NCBI GenBank assembly: GCA_965204735.1
Contig: OZ242008.1
Location: forward strand, 128,001 to 192,000
Origin: Longimicrobiales bacterium
GTDB taxonomy: Bacteria > Gemmatimonadota > Gemmatimonadetes > Longimicrobiales > Gaopeijiaceae
Direction of reading: 5' to 3'
Length of the DNA stretch: 64,000 nucleotides
The notes beneath the pieces were generated by a model, which saw nothing but the letters and a program-made list of their open reading frames with translations, had not been told where the DNA came from and did not search any database. A program made the position numbers and the translations under genes. Position 1 is the first letter of the stretch. Every line of letters starts with the position of its first letter. Shown here piece after piece: positions 28,403-37,472 of this stretch.

Positions 28403-29645
28403 GGACCAAGTCGCGCTCGCGGTGGCGCTCGCCCTGGCCGGGTGCGAACGGGCCGAGCAGTTCGGGGACCGGTTCCGGGGGATGACGCCCTGGGAAGCGT
28501 ACCAGGCGTCGTTGGCCGAGGCGGGCTTGGCGGAGACGGCGCTGGCCAGGGAGTGGACCTGGGCGGGCCGGCAGGCCCTGGAGAGCTCGGTGCCGGTGAC
28601 TCTGCCCTTCCGGGAAGAGGGCTTCATCACCCCCGAGTCGCCGGCGGCGGCGGCCTACCGGCTGGTTCTCCCCCGAGGGCGCAAGCTGGTGGCGGAAGTC
28701 TCGCTGGACTCTCCCGACGGGACGCGCCTCTTCGTGGACGTCTTCCGGGCGCCTGCCGACGAACGGGACCCCTTTCGGCCCGTCTTCTCTTCGGACTCGG
28801 CTTCGCTGACGTTCGTCTACGAGCCTTGGCGCGGCGGCGACTTCGTCGTGCGCGTCCAGCCCGAGCTGCTCCGGGGCGGGAGCTATCGGATCGCCCTGCG
28901 GCAGGACGCCCAGCTCGACTTCCCCGTGCAGGGGCGGAGCATGAGGGACGTGGGCAGCCGCTTCGGCGCGGCCCGGGACGGGGGAAGGCGCCGCCACGCG
29001 GGGGTGGACATCTTCGCGGCCAGGGGCACGCCCGTGCTGGCGGCGTCGGGCGGTCGGGTCGGTCGGGTCTCGACCACCCCTCGGGGCGGCAAGGTGGTGT
29101 GGGTGCGGGACTCGGTGCGGAACGCCAGCCTCTACTACGCGCACCTGGACAGCCAGCACGTGAGGCGCGGCGACGAGGTCCGGCCGGGCGACACCCTGGG
29201 GTTCGTGGGGAACACGGGCAACGCGCGAACCACGCCGCCGCACCTGCACTTCGGGGTGTACCGGCGCGGCGAAGGACCGATCGACCCGTACCCGTTCCTC
29301 GACCCGCCCCGGGGAAGGCTGCCCGCCCAGGACGCCGACTTGGCGCTGCTGGGGGGCCGGGCGCTGCCGCGGTCGCGCGGTGTGCGGCTGCGGGCCGGGC
29401 CGAGCCTGGGGGCGGACGTGCTCGCTGAGCTGGACGGGGGCGCGGCCGTGCGGGTGGTGGGTGCGGCCGGGTCGTGGTACCGGGTGCGGCTGGCGGGGGG
29501 TCGGGAGGGCTACGTGGCCGCGCGGCTGGCCGTGAACGCCGGAGAGGACGCGTCGGTTGGCGGCGGGGGCGTGTTCGTCGACAAGGATCAGCCTGCGGGG
29601 GCGGCGGCGACCGGAGCCGTCGCTGGCCGTCACGCTCCCTCGTGA
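28386..29645 (+). CDS. M23 family metallopeptidase lipoprotein with SH3-like domain
   Basis: Lipobox LAGC, HAGVDIF (HxxxD), YAHL and HLHF motifs. C-terminal LRAGPS...WYRVRL..G.EGYV. Confidence 0.9.
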   Translation: MRVLRRDQVALAVALALAGCERAEQFGDRFRGMTPWEAYQASLAEAGLAETALAREWTWAGRQALESSVPVTLPFREEGFITPESPAAAAYRLVLPRGRKLVAEVSLDSPDGTRLFVDVFRAPADERDPFRPVFSSDSASLTFVYEPWRGGDFVVRVQPELLRGGSYRIALRQDAQLDFPVQGRSMRDVGSRFGAARDGGRRRHAGVDIFAARGTPVLAASGGRVGRVSTTPRGGKVVWVRDSVRNASLYYAHLDSQHVRRGDEVRPGDTLGFVGNTGNARTTPPHLHFGVYRRGEGPIDPYPFLDPPRGRLPAQDADLALLGGRALPRSRGVRLRAGPSLGADVLAELDGGAAVRVVGAAGSWYRVRLAGGREGYVAARLAVNAGEDASVGGGGVFVDKDQPAGAAATGAVAGRHAPS

Positions 29646-29896
29646 CCACTTTCAGGCTGGCCCTCCTGGGCATCGCCGTGGCGCTCGTCGCGTCCACCGA
29701 GGGCGAAACGGTGAAGAAGCTCGCCAAGCCGCTGTCGATCCTGGCCATGCGCGCGCCCGTCTGCGTCCGGCTGGCCAGCAAGAAGGGGTTTGCCGCGACC
29801 AAGCTGCTGGCGGTCGACGAAGGGCCGGGGTTCAACGAAGTCGTGCAGTACTGCAAGTGGGAGAACATCAAACCGCGCACGGAGAAAAAGGCATGA
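29642..29896 (+). CDS. small hypothetical protein
   Basis: GTGA-coupled to the M23 gene, host-like codon usage, hydrophobic N-terminus. Confidence 0.4.
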   Translation: MTTFRLALLGIAVALVASTEGETVKKLAKPLSILAMRAPVCVRLASKKGFAATKLLAVDEGPGFNEVVQYCKWENIKPRTEKKA

Positions 29897-29951
29897 ACAA
29901 GACGGCGGGCACCCGCGAATCGGTCCACCGCTGGTCGGAAGGCGTCGCCGC

Positions 29952-31703
29952 TTGAGCGGCCCAAGCCGTCTGATCGCCCCGTACGGAGGCGTTCTCTGCG
30001 ACCTGTACGCCGACGGGGAACGGCGCCTCGAGCTCTTGGCGGCGTCCCGAGACTGGCCCTCCTGGACCTTGAGCCCGCGCCAGTCGTGCGACCTGGAGCT
30101 GCTCATGAACGGGGCGCTCTCGCCGCTGCGGGGCTTCATGACCCGAGCCGACTACGCGGGCGTCGTCTCGCGGATGCGGCTGGCCGACGGCACGCTCTGG
30201 CCGATCCCCGTCGCCTTGGACGTGAGCCGGGAGGCGGCCGAGAAGCTGACCCCGGGAGAGATGCTGGCTCTCCGGGACGGTCAGGGGAACCTTCTGGCCG
30301 CGCTGCGTGCCGACGAGGTCTGGGAGCCCGACCGGGAAGAGGAAGCCGTCGCCGTCTACGGCAGCCGCTCCGGCGGTCCCGGCGCGAAGCTCGCCGAGCA
30401 CCCGGGCGTTCAGCGGCTCCGGCAAGGGACCGGACCCGTATGCGTCGGCGGTCCCGTGGAGGGGCTCCGCAGGCCCGTCCACTACGACTACCCCATGCTG
30501 CGCCACGCCCCCGCCGAGCTTCGCGGCGCCTTCTCCACCCTGGGCTGGCGTCTGGTGGTCGCGTTCCAGACCCGCAACCCCCTCCACCGCGCCCACCGGG
30601 AACTCACTGTCCGGGCGGTGAAGGAGGTGCGGGCGAGCCTCCTCGTGCACCCGGTGGTGGGGGCGGGCCGCCCGGGGGACTTGGACCACTACACCCGCGT
30701 GCGTTGCTACCAAGCGGTCATGCCCACCTACCCGCAGAACACGGCGATGCTGTCGCTTCTGCCCCTGGCGATGCGGATGGCCGGTCCCCGGGAAGCGCTC
30801 TGGCACGCCTTGATCCGACGGAACTTCGGCTGCACGCACCTGATCGTGGGCCGCGACCACGCGGGGCCGGGCCAGGATTCGGCGGGGGTCCCCTTCTATG
30901 CTCCGAACGAGGCGCAGGAGCTGCTGCGGGAGCACGAGGCCGAGACGGGCGTCGGCACCGTGGCCTTCGAGGAGATGGCGTACTTCCCCGAGACGGGCGC
31001 CCTCTGTCCCGTCGGTGAAGCGCCCAGGGGCGCCCGGGCGCTGCGACTGTCGGGCAGCGAGCTGCGCCGGCGGCTCAGCCAGGACCTGCCGCTGCCGTCG
31101 TGGTTCACCTTCCCCGAAGTGGAGAAGGAGCTGCGCCGGGCCGCGCCCCCGCGCCGAAGGCGGGGGTTCGTGGTGTTCTTCACCGGGCTGTCGGGCGCCG
31201 GAAAGAGCACGATCGCCGGGGCCCTGATGGTGAAGCTCCGGGAGGTGGGCGGTCGCCCCGTCACGCTCCTGGACGGCGACATCGTGCGCCTGCACCTCTC
31301 CAGCGAGCTCGGGTTCTCGAAGGAGCACAGGGACATCAACATCAGGCGGATCGGCTTCGTGGCGTCCGAGATCGCCAAGAACGGAGGGATCGCCCTGTGC
31401 GCTCCCATCGCGCCCTACGAGGCCGTGCGCGAGCAAGTCCGCAACATGGTCGAGCCGGCGGGCGGGTTCGTGCTGGTTCACGTGGCGACTCCGCTGGCGG
31501 TGTGCGAGAGGCGGGACCCGAAGGGGCTGTACGCGAAGGCCCGGGCAGGGCTGGTGAAGCAGTTCACCGGCGTGTCCGACGTGTACGAGGAGCCCCGCAG
31601 CGCCGACGTGGAGATCGACACGACGGAGATGTCGCCGGAGGAGGCGGCGCACCTGGTGGTGCTTCACCTGGAGCGGGAGGGCTACATCGCGGCCTCGGGG
31701 TGA
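29952..31703 (+). CDS. sat/cysC: bifunctional sulfate adenylyltransferase / adenylylsulfate kinase (PAPS synthesis)
   Basis: FQTRNPLHRAH and GRDHAG, plus APS kinase FTGLSGAGKST, LDGD and RDPKGLYAKAR. Confidence 0.95.
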   Translation: MSGPSRLIAPYGGVLCDLYADGERRLELLAASRDWPSWTLSPRQSCDLELLMNGALSPLRGFMTRADYAGVVSRMRLADGTLWPIPVALDVSREAAEKLTPGEMLALRDGQGNLLAALRADEVWEPDREEEAVAVYGSRSGGPGAKLAEHPGVQRLRQGTGPVCVGGPVEGLRRPVHYDYPMLRHAPAELRGAFSTLGWRLVVAFQTRNPLHRAHRELTVRAVKEVRASLLVHPVVGAGRPGDLDHYTRVRCYQAVMPTYPQNTAMLSLLPLAMRMAGPREALWHALIRRNFGCTHLIVGRDHAGPGQDSAGVPFYAPNEAQELLREHEAETGVGTVAFEEMAYFPETGALCPVGEAPRGARALRLSGSELRRRLSQDLPLPSWFTFPEVEKELRRAAPPRRRRGFVVFFTGLSGAGKSTIAGALMVKLREVGGRPVTLLDGDIVRLHLSSELGFSKEHRDINIRRIGFVASEIAKNGGIALCAPIAPYEAVREQVRNMVEPAGGFVLVHVATPLAVCERRDPKGLYAKARAGLVKQFTGVSDVYEEPRSADVEIDTTEMSPEEAAHLVVLHLEREGYIAASG

Positions 31704-31719
31704 GGCGCGCGACCCAAGG

Positions 31720-31978
31720 TCATTCCGCTTCCAGCCTTTGTCGCAGCGCCGTCCTCGCGCGGTGCAAGCTGGCCTTGACCGTGCCCGGCGCTCGACCGAT
31801 CTCTTCCGCGATCTCCTTGATCGTCATCTCTTCCCTGATCCGGACTCGTCCCCGGGCCGGCGAAGCTGCCGGCTGCGGCGAGCAAGTCCGTGTAGCTCCG
31901 CCTGACCGCCTTCGCGATCTCTCGCCAAGCCAGGTCGCAGCCTTCGTCCCGTCTCCGGTCGATCTCCGGGTTGCTCAT
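31720..31978 (-). pseudogene. ECF sigma-70 factor remnant (start plus region 4 only)
   Basis: MSNPEIDRRRD... is joined out of frame to EEMTIKEIAEEIGRAPGTVKASLHRARTALRQRLEAE*. Confidence 0.65.
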
Positions 31979-32299
31979 GTGGCTTCCTCGTGCAGGTCGT
32001 GGCGACTCGGGCAACTCACGGTTGCCTGCACTGCTTACACCACCGGTTCCAAGAGGTTCCCCGCAGCGGCGGGAGGGCTCGTCGGCACCGCGACTTGGCT
32101 CATCGGAGCAGGTCGGGTTGTCGACCTTTGGCGAGTGTCGCCTTGGCTGCGGGGTGCGACTCCTGCCGGACTCAGGTTGGGTGCGGGTAAACCAAAACCG
32201 AGACTCATGCCATCAACAGGGGCACGTGGCCGAAAGTCGGCTCACGATATCAGCGCTCGACTTAAAATCACAGGAGGCTGTTGCAACCGTAGAAACGCC

Positions 32300-33469
32300 A
32301 TGGACACGATGAAGAAGACGGGAATTATCGCGCTGGTGTCGGGTGCGCTGGCCGTGCCTGTTGCGTGTATCGACGACATCAGAGGAGATGACCGTGGTCA
32401 ACACCGCGTTGTCGCAAGCGAAGCGCCCTCCGATGGATACCTGCAGCTCGACGGCGACCCGCTGCTGGTGCTGGGCGAGCCAGCTGGTGCCACTGCGGTA
32501 CACTTTGGGACCGTCGCGGGTGCGGTCGGCTTGGAAGACGGCAGCGTGGTCGTCGGCATGCTTCATGAGCGCGAGGTGCACAGGTTCGGACCAGATGGAC
32601 GGCCATTGTGGACTCGGGGCGGCCGCGGCGAAGCGCCCGGCGAGTTCAGCGGCTTGCAGCTGATGCGCCATTGCCATGGCGATCGAGTGGTTGTCTGGGA
32701 TCGGTATCTTGGGCGGCTTACGGAGTTCGACCACGACGGCAACCTCATCGGAACCAGGAGGCTTGATCTGCCTGCCTACAGCGCGGATTGCGCACCGGAC
32801 GGGGCCTTCGTGTTCACTGGGTGGGGCGACTACTCCCAGGCCGCTGAAGTGGGCGAGCGATACAGGTGGGAGGTGCCGCTTCACGTGGATCGGGGTCAAG
32901 GCATTCAGCTATTGCGGGCCGATGTGCCCGGACCCGACCGGGTCCGCTTCTCGAAGTCCGACGGACCTCTGACGTGGGGCCGCGAGCCGGTTATCGGGGC
33001 CGCCAACGACGGGGTTTGGCTGGGCACGGCCGACGCCTACGAACTGGAATTGATCGGATGGAACGGGACGACCGCCCTCGAAGTCGTGTTGAACGGTCCG
33101 AGTCAGAGGGTTACTGACGCCGACCTGCGCGCTTATCGGGCGCAGCGCATGAAGTCGCTCCCCGACGAGAGCAGTCGTGCCCGCTTCGGAGAGCGTTGGC
33201 GACGGATTAGATCCCAGCTGCCTTCCAGTTATCCCGCGTACGACCAGCTCCTCGACCTGCGGGACGGAGGTCTCCTGGTCCAAGTCTATCCGCGACCCGG
33301 GGCTCCTCGTGAATGGCATCGCCTCGACCGGCAAGGGACCTGGACCCACCGTCTGTTCCTAGATCGGAACATGGATGTCCTCGACGCCGGTGCCGACTGG
33401 ATCCTCCTCCTCGTTCGCGACGAGCTGGACATCGAGACGATCGAGCTCTACGCGCTAGCGGAGAGGTAA
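32300..33469 (+). CDS. 6-bladed beta-propeller lipoprotein
   Basis: Signal/lipobox VPVAC, GGRGEAPGEF motif, C-terminal VRDELDIETIELY. Confidence 0.75.
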   Translation: MDTMKKTGIIALVSGALAVPVACIDDIRGDDRGQHRVVASEAPSDGYLQLDGDPLLVLGEPAGATAVHFGTVAGAVGLEDGSVVVGMLHEREVHRFGPDGRPLWTRGGRGEAPGEFSGLQLMRHCHGDRVVVWDRYLGRLTEFDHDGNLIGTRRLDLPAYSADCAPDGAFVFTGWGDYSQAAEVGERYRWEVPLHVDRGQGIQLLRADVPGPDRVRFSKSDGPLTWGREPVIGAANDGVWLGTADAYELELIGWNGTTALEVVLNGPSQRVTDADLRAYRAQRMKSLPDESSRARFGERWRRIRSQLPSSYPAYDQLLDLRDGGLLVQVYPRPGAPREWHRLDRQGTWTHRLFLDRNMDVLDAGADWILLLVRDELDIETIELYALAER

Positions 33470-33505
33470 ACTCGGTCGCAAGTCGGGGTGCCCAAAGGAG
33501 GAGCA

Positions 33506-34744
33506 ATGTCTGCGAAGGAACGATCCCTGACGCCGCGTTCGGCTATGGCAGCGACGCGGGCTTTCTCGTGGCTCCTGGTCGTCTTCTCGGCTTCGGTCGC
33601 CACAGGCGGCGAGCCGGAGTCGGTCCGGGCACAGCAGTCGGTCGGACCCGGGTTGATCTTGGAGGACAGCGTGGTTCTCCAGGAGAGCCGAGACGCTTAC
33701 GTCGGTCAGCCGGTCGAGATGTTTCTGGGCAGCGACGGCTCGCTGTTCGTCATCGACGGGTTCTCGAACAGCGTGGCGCGCTTCGACCAATCGGGACGGC
33801 TGATCCGTACCTATGGACGGCAAGGCCGAGGCCCGGGGGAGTTTTCCTACATCGGCTTCGGCGGATTTGCCGAGGAGGTTCTGGGAGTCGTCGACGGTCG
33901 GCCTCCGCAGCAGGAGATCGAGTTCTTTGACGTGGAGTCCGGCCGCCACCTGGGAAGGGTCGCAACGTCCAACATTGTGACGGCCGTAACCGCCCACGGG
34001 GAGAAGCTGTGGGTGGGAGGCGTGAATACCGACCAATGGAAGGGCGTGGGGGTCAAGTCCCTCCATGCCCTGCCGGGCGGCGAGGTTGCACTGGATCGCG
34101 TTCCAACTCCCAAGCCGTACTCGCAAAGCCAATTGCTTCTGTGGATTGGCGGAAGTGCTCGGTTGCACGCCGGCGACGCGGACCTCCTTGTCGGATACAT
34201 GGCAAGCCCGTTCCTAATGCGCGTCGACCCCGACGGAGACGTGCTCGACACGATACCGCTCGTGGCCGGCAAGCGCCGGGGCGTGCCCGCCGAGGACAAG
34301 TTGCTCGAGATGGCGAACAGCCATCAGACCGGCAAGACGACCTACGAAGAGATATTCAGCGCTTGGTCGTCTCTGATGAATCTGTCCAGAAGCGACGGTT
34401 TTGTCTTCACTGTTCACCAGGACAGCGAGCTTCACGGCCAGCAGGTTGCCGGAAAGCTCTACGTGAGCAGCCTGCGCGAAGACGGCACGAACCAGTGTCC
34501 CGACACGCCCGTGTCCACATCGGACGTGGGGCGGCCCGTCGCGGCGCTTCGCGGTGCGAGCCTCTTCGTCCTGGACCAGCGGATACACGACGGCGAACCC
34601 GACCGTTTGCGAACCGTCGTGCGGAAGTTCACGGTGGATCCCACCGAGTGCACGGGCCAAGTCGGAGTCCGAGGTCGGTCGGGGGATACAGCTCTGATGC
34701 TCGAAGGAATCCCGAGGTCATCCCGCTTCCCGCGGCCAGCGTGA
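33506..34744 (+). CDS. 6-bladed beta-propeller secreted protein
   Basis: Signal peptide and FDQSGRLIRTYGRQGRGPGEF repeat motif. Confidence 0.75.
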   Translation: MSAKERSLTPRSAMAATRAFSWLLVVFSASVATGGEPESVRAQQSVGPGLILEDSVVLQESRDAYVGQPVEMFLGSDGSLFVIDGFSNSVARFDQSGRLIRTYGRQGRGPGEFSYIGFGGFAEEVLGVVDGRPPQQEIEFFDVESGRHLGRVATSNIVTAVTAHGEKLWVGGVNTDQWKGVGVKSLHALPGGEVALDRVPTPKPYSQSQLLLWIGGSARLHAGDADLLVGYMASPFLMRVDPDGDVLDTIPLVAGKRRGVPAEDKLLEMANSHQTGKTTYEEIFSAWSSLMNLSRSDGFVFTVHQDSELHGQQVAGKLYVSSLREDGTNQCPDTPVSTSDVGRPVAALRGASLFVLDQRIHDGEPDRLRTVVRKFTVDPTECTGQVGVRGRSGDTALMLEGIPRSSRFPRPA

Positions 34745-34773
34745 CGAGCCCCCGTGTCGCTTTCGTCACGTGG

Positions 34774-34965
34774 CTACCGGGGAGGGGCCGGGCGGCTCAC
34801 GTCGGCGGCCACGTGCCAGCCCCGAACCCCGTTCTGTTGCAGAACATCGCGGACGATCGTCGTCTTGCCGGTCTGCCGAGGACCGATGACCGCGACGATC
34901 AGCGGCTTCTCCAGGCGCAGCAGCCGGAGCACCGTCCCTACGTGTCGTCTCTGGAACTGTCTCAT
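34774..34965 (-). pseudogene. AAA_14/DUF4143-type ATPase N-terminal fragment
   Basis: VIGPRQTGKTT Walker A in a 63-aa ORF; the rest of the protein is absent. Confidence 0.7.
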
Positions 34966-35395
34966 GTCAGTGAATATACGTCACGAGGGCATCTTACTCA
35001 ACAACATCTTGGAAGCGGCCGTGAGGCCGAGGGTTCGGGGCGGCGCCGGGGGGCCGGTCCCTTGGCGGGGCCGTCGCCGTTGCGGATGCCGAAGAGGCCG
35101 TCGTAGCGGTCCAGCGAACCTCCACGGCAGGCGCGATGTCGGGACGCCGGGCTCGGGCTCACCCACGGCCCGTTCTCCGAACGACAGGACCGAGCCCCCG
35201 TCCGACCCGCAGTGCTCAAGGAACGGCGGGTGCTCACCATGAAGGACATGTGGCGGCCGTTCGCCGACCGGCGCTCCGACGCTCCCCGGGAACCCGACTG
35301 AGGCAGCCCCCGATGATATCGGGGGTCCGCTGCTGGCCCGTTGCCTTGCGTTACCGGCGTTGAGTTGGTAGCATGAGGGTCACGTGGGCACGGGG

Positions 35396-35436
35396 AGTGC
35401 GGAGGAGGGGGGAACAGGTCCTCCCTCCTCCGCACT
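35396..35436. repeat. strong inverted repeat / hairpin
   Basis: AGTGCGGAGGAGGG ... CCCTCCTCCGCACT, a perfect 14-bp stem. Confidence 0.7.
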
Positions 35437-35562
35437 AGTAGACGCAATCCAACTGAGGCGCTTGCATTCCGCAACCTCGTTCCAACACGAAGGATAGGGT
35501 ACCGAAAATGATAGCACCGTACAGCTTGCGTCAGGCCGGGCGCGTCGTGCGAGTGGTTCGGG

Positions 35563-36219
35563 CTAGACGTTGTACAGATGCCGAAACCAAGCAATGAACG
35601 CCGTTGCTGCTGGCGCATCGTGATGGAAGTATCTTGCACGGATTGCAGTACCGTAGCGCAAGCCGGGCTCCTTCTGCCATGCCAGCCATGCGTGCACTAC
35701 GGCCTTCTGAGTGTCCGTTGCCGTGAACTCTGCCCCCAATGCCGTCGCCTGATTTGTCGCAGTCCTTGCATGTGCAAGCAGCGGGTTGCCAGCCTCGACA
35801 AGGTCGGCAAGAAACTCCTCCAACGCTCCTTTCCGCAGGTTGTCAGGCATGATCCATACGCCGACTCGGGTGCCATAGTCAGGGGACTCGCCCACGAAGC
35901 CGCCCGCGGGAATCTGATCAGGAACGGGCACCCCCACCTTACTGAGACGGGACGACACTGCCGCCCAACGCCTCAACGGTTGGTTGTCGGCATCCAACAC
36001 AAATCCTGCTGAACGGCCCGTGCTGCTACGCACGCTGACAGCGATGGCGGACAGTACGCCCTTCACTCCGTCGCCGGGCGCGTTGGGAATCGGGAGCGGC
36101 GGTGGTGGATTTCTTTCACCGTAGCCGATATCGTGCCAGCGGAGCAGGTGCCGTACAGCACTCTCGTCGTCCTTTCCCTCGACCAGCAGGACGGACCGTT
36201 GATTGTCGACTGTGGTCAT
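35563..36219 (-). CDS. DUF3226 (TOPRIM-like) protein
   Basis: LLVEGKDDE, GFVLDAD, GVWIMPDN...GALEEFL, KAVVHAWLAWQKEPG. Confidence 0.85.
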   Translation of the reverse strand: MTTVDNQRSVLLVEGKDDESAVRHLLRWHDIGYGERNPPPPLPIPNAPGDGVKGVLSAIAVSVRSSTGRSAGFVLDADNQPLRRWAAVSSRLSKVGVPVPDQIPAGGFVGESPDYGTRVGVWIMPDNLRKGALEEFLADLVEAGNPLLAHARTATNQATALGAEFTATDTQKAVVHAWLAWQKEPGLRYGTAIRARYFHHDAPAATAFIAWFRHLYNV

Positions 36220-37313
36220 CGCAGTTCGATTTCGTGGTCGATAGCACTCTCGACGTCGGTGCTGTCAAATCCGACAGAGTGCGTCAGTGCCCGTTCTACT
36301 TTATGAACGGTAAACTCGGTCGCAAGGTCGGGGCGGGACGCAGCAAGGGAAGCGAGCCCTCGAATGCAGTCGTAGCTGTGAGTGGTGGCGAACACCTGAA
36401 TACTGGCCTTGGTGGCTTGCTCGATGACCAGTCGCCAGAGATCCTCGAGCACCGTCCAATGAAGTCCCGTGTCGATTTCATCGACCAGCAATACTCCTCC
36501 AGAGAGTTGAGTCAATGATAGAGCCAACGCAAGCAAGCGGCGCGTGCCATCGCCGTGACTGCCGATTGGAGTCCGCCGGGCCGTGTTGTGGAGTCCCAAG
36601 ACGATGTCGCCCCGGCCGTAACCGTTCGCGCTCAAGAAATGGATTGAATCCAGATTGTGTTCCACCAATTTGAGCGCATCAATTACTTCCAATTCTCGCC
36701 TCTCCAGCACCACTTGATCCCACATACGACGCATCGAATCTACACCCAGAGACGATGCAGTCACAAATTGGACAGGCGTGGTTGGCAATGCATCAACAGT
36801 TGTCCGCATTGTCCGAGTATCCAGGTGAAGCGTGCCGTCCATAGTCGCAGGAAAGAGCAGAGCATCTCCGGCGTCGGTACTCGAAACCCGCACGGCGAGC
36901 AACTCGGCATCGTCTTCGTCCTTCTCGAACAGACGGTGCTGATCGGAGTGGAGATCGCCCGTGTCTTCCTCAACGGTCACGGTCACGAACCGACCCTGGT
37001 CGCTTGACCGAATGCTGAACTCGGATCCAAGACCAAAGCGATGTCCGTACATGAACCCCGAAATATCGGCCATCCTACGTATGCGGCCTTGATACGGACG
37101 GTCGTGATCGCCAAGGTACTTGATCTCACCACGCTTGTCCGCGATCCCGCGAAGCACGTAGGGACTGCCTCCGGACGCCAAGAACTGGACTGCCTCGAGG
37201 ATTGAAGTTTTTCCGGAGTTGTTCTTGCCAACCAGCAGGTTGACTCGGGCCAAGTCGCGCAGCTCGTAGGACTTGAAGCTGCGATAGCCTTGAAGCTCCA
37301 GGTTGCGGATCAC
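36216..37313 (-). CDS. ABC-type AAA_15 ATPase
   Basis: Walker A GKNNSGKTS, signature HGDG, Walker B LLVDEID, H-loop TTHS. ATGA-coupled to DUF3226. Confidence 0.9.
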   Translation of the reverse strand: MIRNLELQGYRSFKSYELRDLARVNLLVGKNNSGKTSILEAVQFLASGGSPYVLRGIADKRGEIKYLGDHDRPYQGRIRRMADISGFMYGHRFGLGSEFSIRSSDQGRFVTVTVEEDTGDLHSDQHRLFEKDEDDAELLAVRVSSTDAGDALLFPATMDGTLHLDTRTMRTTVDALPTTPVQFVTASSLGVDSMRRMWDQVVLERRELEVIDALKLVEHNLDSIHFLSANGYGRGDIVLGLHNTARRTPIGSHGDGTRRLLALALSLTQLSGGVLLVDEIDTGLHWTVLEDLWRLVIEQATKASIQVFATTHSYDCIRGLASLAASRPDLATEFTVHKVERALTHSVGFDSTDVESAIDHEIELR

Positions 37314-37472
37314 GCTGCCGACCTCCGTTGCGCTCTCGGCGGATTATCTTGGTCTCCGACTAGGATTAGTGGACCGATGCCACAAGGTACTTTCGCGGGT
37401 TCCGGTCCGCCACCCCTCCGTCGCCGACGTGTCACCGCGTTGGCCTCGTCGGTCCGAAGCCTGGGAACCCGT

